From: Candidatus Kryptoniota bacterium
GTDB lineage: Bacteria; Bacteroidota; Ignavibacteria; Kryptoniales; JAKASW01
DNA: 64,000 bases
Direction: 5' to 3'
Assembly (NCBI GenBank): GCA_046706365.1
Contig: JBJKPN010000185.1
Location: 1,113-65,112 of the forward strand
Numbering within the stretch: position 1 is the first letter of the stretch; the number at the start of each line of letters is the position of its first letter. Below, in pieces: positions 27,094 through 33,952 of the stretch. Below the pieces are notes generated by a model that saw only the letters and a list, made by a program, of their open reading frames with translations, had not been told where the DNA came from and did not search any database. The translations under genes were made by a program, and so were the position numbers.

Positions 27094-27367
27094 TTTTATT
27101 CTCCGCCTGTTCTTCTACATACTCTCGCACGGCCGGCTTCAGGAAGACGTTCTCTACGCCGACTTCAACGAGGCTTCTCGCTATGGTCGAGGCCCGGTGT
27201 TTCGGATCGAACCTCTTATTTATCACGATCAGCTTTTCCTCCTTGAGGATGCAATAGCCGCCGCTGAAGTCTCCCTTTTCGTAAATGACCTTTAGCCCGA
27301 GCTGGGAAGCCGCTTCTTCCAGCTCAGCTATCAATGCTTCTGTTTTCAGTCTCGGCATTTTCACCAA
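27041..27367 (-). CDS. hypothetical protein (108 aa)
   Basis: Soluble, with protein-like composition (LIAELEEAASQLGLKVIYEKGDFSGGYCILKEEKLIVINKRF...). It overlaps both neighbours (44 nt upstream, 53 nt with aroQ). Family not recognised. Confidence 0.5.
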   Translation of the reverse strand: MVKMPRLKTEALIAELEEAASQLGLKVIYEKGDFSGGYCILKEEKLIVINKRFDPKHRASTIARSLVEVGVENVFLKPAVREYVEEQAENKNENSGVKRAESESDGTA

Positions 27368-27977
27368 TCTTTTCAGTTATCCTCGGCTTAATCGGGCGGA
27401 AGACGATTGCGGCGATCGCACTGTAATATGACAGGATGGCGATCACCGAAAGTCCACCGAGCCCACTGACACGTTCGACGAAAAGCCGCCTCATCTCGTC
27501 GCGCAACGGACCCGGGTCCGCGCCCAGAAAGAGCTGCAGTTGAAAATCCACATAAGAAACGAAGAATCTCAAGTCAAGATAACACGTATATAATTCAACA
27601 GGAATAAAGATTCCGAAAAGTATCGCTGCCATCAAAATATTCGGATGGTCCTTCATCCTGATGTCTGATTTGAGTACGAATATCACGAAGCCGATCAGCG
27701 CAAGGATGTATCCGAAATCCGTAAGGAGAGAAGTCCTTGCAAGGAGATCGTAGATTTCCTTTTCCGCATCGAAGGGAATATCCTGTCTGAATTTCAGCGT
27801 CCCGAGCTCGACAAGATTATTGCCGATTATTCCACGTGCCGCGGAGCCGCCGAGGTAGAAGATTCCCCCCACGATCATGATGAAGATTGCGGTCTTGACT
27901 CCCCTGGATAGGCCCTCGTTATCTCCTGCAGTGCCGGTGGATAAGTCGTTATCGGCGGCAATATTCTCGGGGAGCAT
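27324..27977 (-). CDS. hypothetical integral membrane protein
   Basis: The start is taken at Met45 (MLPENIAADN, ATG 27977), just after the upstream stop at 27983. Four to five TM helices. No motif recognised. Confidence 0.5.
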   Translation of the reverse strand: MLPENIAADNDLSTGTAGDNEGLSRGVKTAIFIMIVGGIFYLGGSAARGIIGNNLVELGTLKFRQDIPFDAEKEIYDLLARTSLLTDFGYILALIGFVIFVLKSDIRMKDHPNILMAAILFGIFIPVELYTCYLDLRFFVSYVDFQLQLFLGADPGPLRDEMRRLFVERVSGLGGLSVIAILSYYSAIAAIVFRPIKPRITEKIGENAETENRSIDS

Positions 27978-27982
27978 CTCTG

Positions 27983-28825
27983 TTACAGGGTTTCCGGAGT
28001 TTCGACGAATTCGGCCTCGCATTTTACCGGCAGAAGTGCCCGCTCGAATGCAAGGTTCAGAAAGAGCTGGATTGCCTCCCTCCCTTTCACGCCGTAGTCC
28101 AGCGTCCAATCGTTCACGTACATGCCGACGAATTTGTCGGCGAGGTTAGTGTTCATACCGCGGGCGAAACCGAGCGCATAGTCGAGAGCCGCTTGCCTGT
28201 TCTCGAGAGAGTATGCAATGCTCTTTTTCAGGTAGTAAGCCACTTTCTTTTTCAAATCCTCCGGAAGGTCGCGTCTTATCACGTTTCCACCGAGCGGAAG
28301 CGGCAGGTTGAACTTGTCTTTGAACCATACGCCGAGGTCGACGATGTTGTGAAGACCGCTCGTTTCGTAAGTAAGCTGTCCTTCGTGGATGATCAGTCCC
28401 GCCTCGAATTCACCTGCAAGCACCTTGTCTATTATCTGATCGAACGGCACAACCTCGTATTCGAACGTTCCGGCGAATATGCTGAGGGCAAGGAAAGCCG
28501 AGGTTCTCCTGCCAGGTATCGCGATCTTCAGCTTGTTGATGTCCCCGACCTTGTACGGTTTTGTGCTGACGAGCATCGGGCCGTAACCGTCGCCCATGCT
28601 GGCACCGCTGCTCAGCATTTGATATTTGTCGGCAATGTACGGATAAGCATGAATGGATACCGCGCTTACTTCGTACTCGCCTTTCATCGCCTTCTGGTTG
28701 AGCGTTTCTATATCGCTTAGAATATTTTCAAACTCAATTTCGCCCGTATCGAACTTCCTGTTCGCAAGGGCGTAGAACATGAATGCGTCGTCCGAATCCG
28801 GGCTGTGAGCTACTCTAATCTTCAA
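27983..28825 (-). CDS. MqnA/MqnD-family (VitK2_biosynth, periplasmic-binding-protein fold) menaquinone/futalosine-pathway protein
   Basis: 280 aa. The N-terminus MKIRVAHSPDSDDAFMFYAL... and overall layout resemble the MqnA/MqnD family. I cannot tell from sequence alone which enzyme it is. Confidence 0.6.
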   Translation of the reverse strand: MKIRVAHSPDSDDAFMFYALANRKFDTGEIEFENILSDIETLNQKAMKGEYEVSAVSIHAYPYIADKYQMLSSGASMGDGYGPMLVSTKPYKVGDINKLKIAIPGRRTSAFLALSIFAGTFEYEVVPFDQIIDKVLAGEFEAGLIIHEGQLTYETSGLHNIVDLGVWFKDKFNLPLPLGGNVIRRDLPEDLKKKVAYYLKKSIAYSLENRQAALDYALGFARGMNTNLADKFVGMYVNDWTLDYGVKGREAIQLFLNLAFERALLPVKCEAEFVETPETL

Positions 28826-28826
28826 C

Positions 28827-29600
28827 CTACTTTCCTTTCTTCACTTTCGTCTTTTTTGATTTTGAAAACTTGAACGCAGATGGACAAAGATCGCTTACTG
28901 TGCAGAGATCGCATTTCGGATTGCGGGCCAGGCAGACTTTTCTGCCGTGAGACATCAACAAGTGGCACAGCTGCGTCCATTCATCTTCAGGAAACAGCGC
29001 CATCAGATCAAATTCAATTTTGGTGGGATCGTCCTCATGACTGAATCCCATCCGACGGGCAAGTCTCCCGACGTGCGTATCGACGGCGATGCCAGGTATC
29101 CCGAATGCATTACCGAGAAGCACATTAGCCGTTTTCCGGCCGACGCCGGCAAGAGTCAGTAGCTCATCCATGCTGGCCGGTATCTTCCCGCCGAAATTTT
29201 CGACGAGTGAGCGGCTGCAGTTTGTAATCGACCTGGCTTTCTGCCTGTAGAAACCGGTTGATTTGATATCCCGCTCCAGCTCGGCTTGATTCGCAGAAGC
29301 AAAGCTTTTCGGTGAAGGATACTTTCTGAACAGGTCCGGCGTTACCATATTGACCCGTGCGTCCGTACATTGTGCCGAAAGTATCGTGGCGATCAGCAGC
29401 TCGAACGGTGAGTTGAAGTTCAATGCCACTTTCGCATCGAGGTACTCCCCCGCCAGCAGCGAGAAAATCTGGCTTGCCCGCTTCTTATCCGACGCTCTCC
29501 GAGAGTCTGCGGTTGCTTTTGACTTTGTGTTCTTGGGTTTCAAGTCATCCGGTGTTTTCTTGTGCACGTGAAATTTAGTCAACGAGCCCTGCTTAGGCAA
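28827..29600 (-). CDS. nth: endonuclease III (DNA glycosylase/AP lyase) with basic N- and C-terminal extensions
   Basis: HhH-GPD core (LLTLAGVGRKTANVLLGNAFG.PGIAVDTHV) and a 4Fe-4S loop C-x6-C-x2-C-x5-C (CLARNPKCDLCTVSDLC). It has a TTG start, a ~45-aa Lys/Ser-rich N-terminal tail and a KSKKTKVKKGK C-terminal tail. Confidence 0.85.
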   Translation of the reverse strand: MPKQGSLTKFHVHKKTPDDLKPKNTKSKATADSRRASDKKRASQIFSLLAGEYLDAKVALNFNSPFELLIATILSAQCTDARVNMVTPDLFRKYPSPKSFASANQAELERDIKSTGFYRQKARSITNCSRSLVENFGGKIPASMDELLTLAGVGRKTANVLLGNAFGIPGIAVDTHVGRLARRMGFSHEDDPTKIEFDLMALFPEDEWTQLCHLLMSHGRKVCLARNPKCDLCTVSDLCPSAFKFSKSKKTKVKKGK

Positions 29601-29690
29601 ACACGGGCCTCAACGAAGGGGGCCCGCCGGACCCTGGCCGGATGTACGTCCACCTACCTTCAGTAGGATTCCGGGCGTCAGGCTCGCTTG

Positions 29691-30071
29691 TCATTCGACA
29701 GAGGGCTTCACTTCCTCCGTAGCCAAAGGGGGATACAATCTTCTGTCGGGCTTATACCTTGGATCTTTCAGTAGCAGTCGCTCGACCACTTCGCCGGCAA
29801 CGATGTGCCTGTCTATTATTTCCGCGATGTCATCCTTCGTCACGTGACTGTACCAGACTCCCTCGGGATATATTACGATATTCGGCCCGTATTCGCAGAC
29901 ATCCAGACAGCCAGACTTGTTTGCACGCACTTTGGTTTTTAAGCCGCGGGCGTGGAGCTCTCTTTTAAACAAATCGCGAATGTCCTCGCTCCCTTTCTGG
30001 GCGCACGACCCTTTCGGGTCATCATCTTCTCTTCTGTTCGTACAGATAAAAATGTGCCTGATGTATCTCAT
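29691..30071 (-). CDS. thioredoxin-like [2Fe-2S] ferredoxin
   Basis: 126 aa. The sequence HIFICTN.....GSCA..GS...... KSGCLDVCEYGPNIVIYPEGVWY matches the Cys pattern and fold signature of thioredoxin-like 2Fe-2S ferredoxins. Confidence 0.75.
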   Translation of the reverse strand: MRYIRHIFICTNRREDDDPKGSCAQKGSEDIRDLFKRELHARGLKTKVRANKSGCLDVCEYGPNIVIYPEGVWYSHVTKDDIAEIIDRHIVAGEVVERLLLKDPRYKPDRRLYPPLATEEVKPSVE

Positions 30072-30325
30072 TTTTCAGAACCCGAACAATTGTTTGAATT
30101 GATTATGATCAGAATATCATTCTCGGCGGTACTTTCTTTCAAGACGTCGTCGGGCGAGTATTCGAAATTTTTCGTCAGATTCACAAGCGAATAAGATCCT
30201 TCGGTTTGCGCCCAGCCGAAAAAATTCCGCGCGATTTTCTTAACCTGATTTTCGGCGGTCGTATCGGCGTCGATTTCCATCCTGACTATCTCCCCGGAGA
30301 AACCTTTGCCGACAAATACCTGCAT
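30068..30325 (-). CDS. small hypothetical protein, possible ubiquitin-like beta-grasp fold
   Basis: 85 aa from the ATG at 30325 (TAATG overlap with the upstream stop; the ORF track starts 2 codons earlier at a TTG). There is an ATGA overlap with the downstream ferredoxin. The sequence starts MQVFV and has KEST at residues 63-66, as in ubiquitin (see finding). Confidence 0.5.
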   Translation of the reverse strand: MQVFVGKGFSGEIVRMEIDADTTAENQVKKIARNFFGWAQTEGSYSLVNLTKNFEYSPDDVLKESTAENDILIIINSNNCSGSEK

Positions 30326-30615
30326 TACCAATACCCCGTAGTTATGCTCACGTCGCCGAATACCCTTGTGGTGCAGGCGACCCGCTCGTTCTGACCGAAG
30401 TTTCCCCTTGCCATGAGCTTCTTCTCACACTCGGACGGCTGCGAAAGGTTCATCATGCCATCGACAATTTCTACCTTGCACCATCCGCAGACGCAATCCC
30501 CACGACATGAACTTCCGATGGGCACCCCGTTCACACGCGCTGCCTTGAAAAGAGTCTCCCCTTTCTTGATCTCCACTTCCTTGCTAAGCGGGACAAATTT
30601 AACCTTTGGCATCAT
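30325..30615 (-). CDS. [2Fe-2S] ferredoxin-like protein (plant-type beta-grasp)
   Basis: 96 aa with the Cys cluster SSCRGDCVCGWCKV plus a distal Cys (RVACTT), as in the 2Fe-2S fer2 domain. Confidence 0.65.
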   Translation of the reverse strand: MMPKVKFVPLSKEVEIKKGETLFKAARVNGVPIGSSCRGDCVCGWCKVEIVDGMMNLSQPSECEKKLMARGNFGQNERVACTTRVFGDVSITTGYW

Positions 30616-32323
30616 TCAGAAATTTCTTAGCCTGCTCGGTATCCATTGTGTTGAGGAGATCGTCTTTTGTCAGCCAGCCTTTTCGTGCAATGAAGACGCC
30701 GTAAACAAAGTCAGACAAACCCGCTACCGAGTGGGCATCAGGGTTGATCGAGAATTTGACGCCGGCCGCTTTGGCCTTCTTCAATTGCCTCCAGTCCATG
30801 TCCAGCCTGTGAGGGTTCGCATTGATCTCTATGACCTTCCTGTTGCGCGCCGCAAGCTTGACGACCTCCTCGATATCGAGCTCGTAACCGTCGCGGCCCA
30901 GCAGAAGGCGGCCGGTCATGTGTCCGAGAAATGTCAGATTGGGATTCTTTAAAGCGGCCAGGACTCGCTTTGTCGCCTCGTCCTTTTTCATGCTCAGTTT
31001 GCTGTGAACCGAGCCGACGGAGAAATCGAGTTTTTTTAGAACAGCGTCACTGAAATCGAGTTTGCCGTCGGCCAGTATGTCGACTTCGCTACCCTTGAAA
31101 ACCGTAAAGTCTTCCTCGCTGCTGTTCAACTCATCGACAGCGTCCGATTGTTCCTTGAGCCTCTTCTCGTCCAGCCCGTTTGCATAGAATGCAGCTTTGC
31201 TGTGATCGCTCAACCCCAAATATTTCAGCCCCAGTTTTCTTGCTCCGGCAACCATATCTTCGAGAGAATCCGCACCGTCGCTCCAGTTTGTATGGACATG
31301 GAAGAGTCCCTGTATATCTTCCAGCTTCACAAGGTCCGGGATCTCACCCTTCGAGGCGGCCGTGACCGCCTCTTCGTCATCGCGAAGTTCCGGCGGCACA
31401 AACTGAAGCCCGATCTCCCCGAATATCTCCTCTTCCGACTCGAACCTTATCTTGTCCCTCCCCTTCTTCAGCTCGCGGATCCCGAGATTGTACCCTCTGG
31501 ACGACGCGTATTCTTTCAGCCTGGCGAAGAAGTCTTTGCTGCCGGTCGAATGGAGGACTGCGAATGGATATTCGGCCTTGTTCACGATAATAAATTCAAT
31601 GGGGACTCCGTTTTCCCAGACAACGGAAACCAGATCGTCCTGTACGTCTTTGACTTGCCTGACCCCTTTTAATTTTTTGAGCGCCGCAAAAAGCTTGTCC
31701 CGCTCTCCGGACTTGAAATTTATTACACAATCCAGATCGCGTATCACTTCGCGCCTTCGCCGATAGCTTCCGGTAAACTGATAGCGTTCGACACCCTTGA
31801 GTTTCTCGAGGTATTTAGAAACCTGCATCGCCGTCTCGTGTATCAGATCAAGCAGGTGATATTCGCTATTCGCCTTGATGCGGCCAATCTCTTTGAGGAC
31901 CTTGTCTTGCGTTTTCTGCCCGAACCCTTTCAGAGGAACCAGCCTGTTCTCGTTACAGGCATACTCCAGCTCGGAAATCGACTTGATGTCCAGCTGTTCG
32001 AACAACGCGCGAACCTTGTTAGGACCGAGGCCCTGGATGTCGAACAGAGCAGGCAATCCAGGAGGGAGTGAATCCCTTATCTCTTCCAGGAAACTCATTT
32101 TCCCGGTTTCAACCAATTCCGTCAGTTTTTTCGAAAGTGCTTCTCCTACGCCGGGGATTTTCTTCGCCTCCCCCTTCTCGATCAGTTTGACGACATCGAC
32201 CGTGGAGCGGCCGATCGATCGTGCAGCCCTGGAGTAGGCGTTGACCTTGAATTTGTCCTCGCCTTTCAGCTCCAGGAGAGAGGCAATCTCCTCAAGTGTT
32301 CCGATAATCGCCTTCTTGTCCAC
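30599..32323 (-). CDS. polX: family X DNA polymerase with C-terminal PHP phosphoesterase domain
   Basis: 574 aa with a GTG start. N-terminal HhH region (LEEIASLLELKGEDKFKVNAYSRAARSI), a pol-beta-like nucleotidyltransferase core (GSYRRRREVIRDLD) and a PHP domain (HVHTNWSDG...SDH). Confidence 0.85.
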   Translation of the reverse strand: MDKKAIIGTLEEIASLLELKGEDKFKVNAYSRAARSIGRSTVDVVKLIEKGEAKKIPGVGEALSKKLTELVETGKMSFLEEIRDSLPPGLPALFDIQGLGPNKVRALFEQLDIKSISELEYACNENRLVPLKGFGQKTQDKVLKEIGRIKANSEYHLLDLIHETAMQVSKYLEKLKGVERYQFTGSYRRRREVIRDLDCVINFKSGERDKLFAALKKLKGVRQVKDVQDDLVSVVWENGVPIEFIIVNKAEYPFAVLHSTGSKDFFARLKEYASSRGYNLGIRELKKGRDKIRFESEEEIFGEIGLQFVPPELRDDEEAVTAASKGEIPDLVKLEDIQGLFHVHTNWSDGADSLEDMVAGARKLGLKYLGLSDHSKAAFYANGLDEKRLKEQSDAVDELNSSEEDFTVFKGSEVDILADGKLDFSDAVLKKLDFSVGSVHSKLSMKKDEATKRVLAALKNPNLTFLGHMTGRLLLGRDGYELDIEEVVKLAARNRKVIEINANPHRLDMDWRQLKKAKAAGVKFSINPDAHSVAGLSDFVYGVFIARKGWLTKDDLLNTMDTEQAKKFLNDAKG

Positions 32324-32916
32324 TACAGTCCCCCTGCAAATTTAAGAATGGCCCCTCCCTGGATCGCTGTCAGGATGATTCCGAGAGCTGAACCTGCAAT
32401 CACCTGCATTTTTGTATGCGCTTTGAGTTCGACTCTTGCCCATGCAATGATCGCCACGAGAGGAAAAGCATAAAGCACGACAGGACCTAGTGCGATTGCC
32501 AGAAGGGTCAAAGGACCGGCCGCCCCCATTGCGTGAGCACTGATTTTCCATTTCACATTGATCAGCGAAATGATAAGAGTGTTCGATATATAACAGAACA
32601 TCAATGCACAGACCGCTGTCGATGCCTGCAGCAATATAAGGGCAATCAGACCAAGTAAATAAATCAGTGCTGAAACGACGTATGGGATTGTCCGCTGCTG
32701 ACGAATCGGGACATCGATTTGGGTCACTTTAGATCGGCGCAAAAGAATGAAGAGATATAGAAACGGCAGGACAGAACCGAAGAGAACGGCGACTGCGGCC
32801 ACAATGATTTCATAACTACCTTGCCGTGTAAGGAAAGAAAGGAGCAGAAATGCGACGCATGCAAAGGTAGTCGGCATAAAAATGTACGATATGATGTGTG
32901 CGGCTCCGGCTTTCAC
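32323..32916 (-). CDS. PAP2-family membrane phosphatase (tentative)
   Basis: 197 aa with 6 TM helices. KISAHAMG and RVELKAHTKMQVIAG fit PAP2 motifs C2/C3 (SxH ... R....H...D-like). The stop overlaps the polX start by 1 nt. Confidence 0.55.
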   Translation of the reverse strand: MKAGAAHIISYIFMPTTFACVAFLLLSFLTRQGSYEIIVAAVAVLFGSVLPFLYLFILLRRSKVTQIDVPIRQQRTIPYVVSALIYLLGLIALILLQASTAVCALMFCYISNTLIISLINVKWKISAHAMGAAGPLTLLAIALGPVVLYAFPLVAIIAWARVELKAHTKMQVIAGSALGIILTAIQGGAILKFAGGL

Positions 32917-33016
32917 TTTTGTAATTTAGCCTTATTGCCACGACATTTGAAAGCGGAACCGACATAAAACCCCCGACGCTGGGCATCCCGATTTGTCACG
33001 GGCATTATCGTGGAAG

Positions 33017-33238
33017 TCATTCGGCCAGTTCGACAAGTTTGTTCCTCGCAGCGGCACCTCTTACCAAGCGAAGCTTCGACCTCGGGACTTTCAGAAATCC
33101 GCTCAGCGACTCGAGCGTAGCATCGTTGGCCCGTCCTTCGATCGGCTTTGCCCTCACGAACACTTCGAAACTGTCGTTCCCCCTTTGTACCACAATGTCT
33201 CGCTTCGAGCCCGGATGAACCTTTACCTTGATCAGCAT
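33017..33238 (-). CDS. DUF167 (YggU) family protein
   Basis: 73 aa. The sequence LIKVKVHPGSKRD.....G...EV.V.A.P.EG.AN......L...L.V.....LV.G..ARNK is the DUF167 pattern. Confidence 0.75.
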   Translation of the reverse strand: MLIKVKVHPGSKRDIVVQRGNDSFEVFVRAKPIEGRANDATLESLSGFLKVPRSKLRLVRGAAARNKLVELAE

Positions 33239-33343
33239 ACAATAATATCAAGATTGAATTCCCAATATCAAAACCTGTTTCGCTTGTGTTCTAGAATTTT
33301 CCCTTTTTGTTGAGATGCTTTCGCGTTATATTACTGCGCAATT

Positions 33344-33418
33344 CGGGGCGTGGCTCAGCCCGGTTAGAGCGCTTGGTTCGGGACCAAGAGGTCGTGGGTT
33401 CGAATCCCACCGCCCCGA
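33344..33418 (+). tRNA. tRNA-Pro (anticodon CGG)
   Basis: Hand-folded cloverleaf. Acceptor CGGGGCG/CGCCCCG plus discriminator A. D-stem GCTC/GAGC. Anticodon stem CTTGG/CCAAG with loop TT-CGG-GA (33379-33381, G37). Variable loop AGGTC. T-arm GTGGG-TTCGAAT-CCCAC. CCA is not encoded. Confidence 0.9.
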
Positions 33419-33485
33419 CACACCTTAGTTTTACGATCCCATTTTTTCGCTACACTTGTGAGTTCTGTCTCCCCGTCCGGAGGAT

Positions 33486-33558
33486 GAGGTCGTGGGTTCT
33501 CCCGCTATGAGCTGAAAGCTCTTTGCGGGATCCCTTCGGGAGAATCCCACCGCCCCGA
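33486..33558 (+). repeat. tRNA-Pro 3'-segment copy 1, with a 42-nt insert in the T-loop (33500-33541)
   Basis: GAGGTCGTGGGTTC | TCCCGCTATGAGCTGAAAGCTCTTTGCGGGATCCCTTCGGGA | GAATCCCACCGCCCCGA. Confidence 0.9.
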
Positions 33559-33626
33559 CACACCTTAGTTTTACGATCCCATTTTTTCGCTACACTTGTG
33601 AGTTCTGTCTTCCTCGTCCGGAGGAT

Positions 33627-33699
33627 GAGGTCGTGGGTTCTCCCGCTATGAGCTGAAAGCTCTTTGCGGGATCCCTTCGGGAGAATCCCACCGCCCCGA
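33627..33699 (+). repeat. tRNA-Pro 3'-segment copy 2, with the identical 42-nt insert (33641-33682)
   Basis: Identical to copy 1 over all 73 nt. Confidence 0.9.
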
Positions 33700-33952
33700 C
33701 ACACCTTAGTTTTACGATCCTAATATTTCCGCTACACTTGTGAGTTCTGGCTTCCTCGTCCGGGGGATCAGGTCGGGGGATCTCCCGCGACTGGCCGGGC
33801 GTCTTTTGGAAAATCAATCCGATGGGATTCAATGGTCGCGCGAGGGAAGTGCGCGCTTCAATACCGGACATCCCCCTCTACTATTCAACCCTGTCCCGCG
33901 CGCCCTTCTCCTTAGCAGTTGACTTCAATTAGGCGAGGCCTCACTTCCGAAG

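Larger units (their letters stand above)
33388..33800 (+). repeat. tandem array (141-nt period) re-copying the 3' third of tRNA-Pro plus a 67/68-nt spacer; about 2.3 units, decaying rightwards
   Basis: This is direct sequence identity. GAGGTCGTGGGTTC...GAATCCCACCGCCCCGA occurs at 33388-33418 (within the tRNA), 33486-33558 and 33627-33699, and in degenerate form from 33768. Spacers are at 33419-33485, 33559-33626 and 33700-33767. Confidence 0.9.

Noticed and set aside
32913-33251. 112-aa minus-strand ORF overlapping the DUF167 gene
   Set aside because: It is a different frame over the same DNA as the 73-aa ORF that carries the recognisable DUF167/YggU pattern. Its composition is R/G/C-rich and not protein-like.
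33505-33525. Hammerhead-ribozyme-like string CUAUGAGCUGAAAGCUC inside the 42-nt insert
   Set aside because: It lacks the G of the CUGAUGA box, and the GAAA core after stem II is replaced by UUUG. The catalytic core is therefore not intact.
33388-33800. Possibility that the repeat array is a CRISPR array
   Set aside because: The intervening 'spacers' are the same sequence in every unit, the 141-nt period is far too long, the repeat is tRNA-derived, and no cas genes are present.
33450-33871. Minus-strand ORFs of 84 and 93 aa with internally repeated peptide sequence (..CRGGGILPKGSRKELSAHSGRTHDLILRT.. twice)
   Set aside because: The peptide repeat is simply the translation of the tRNA-derived DNA repeat. 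The ORFs run antisense through a tRNA T-arm, have no RBS and have arginine-rich junk composition.
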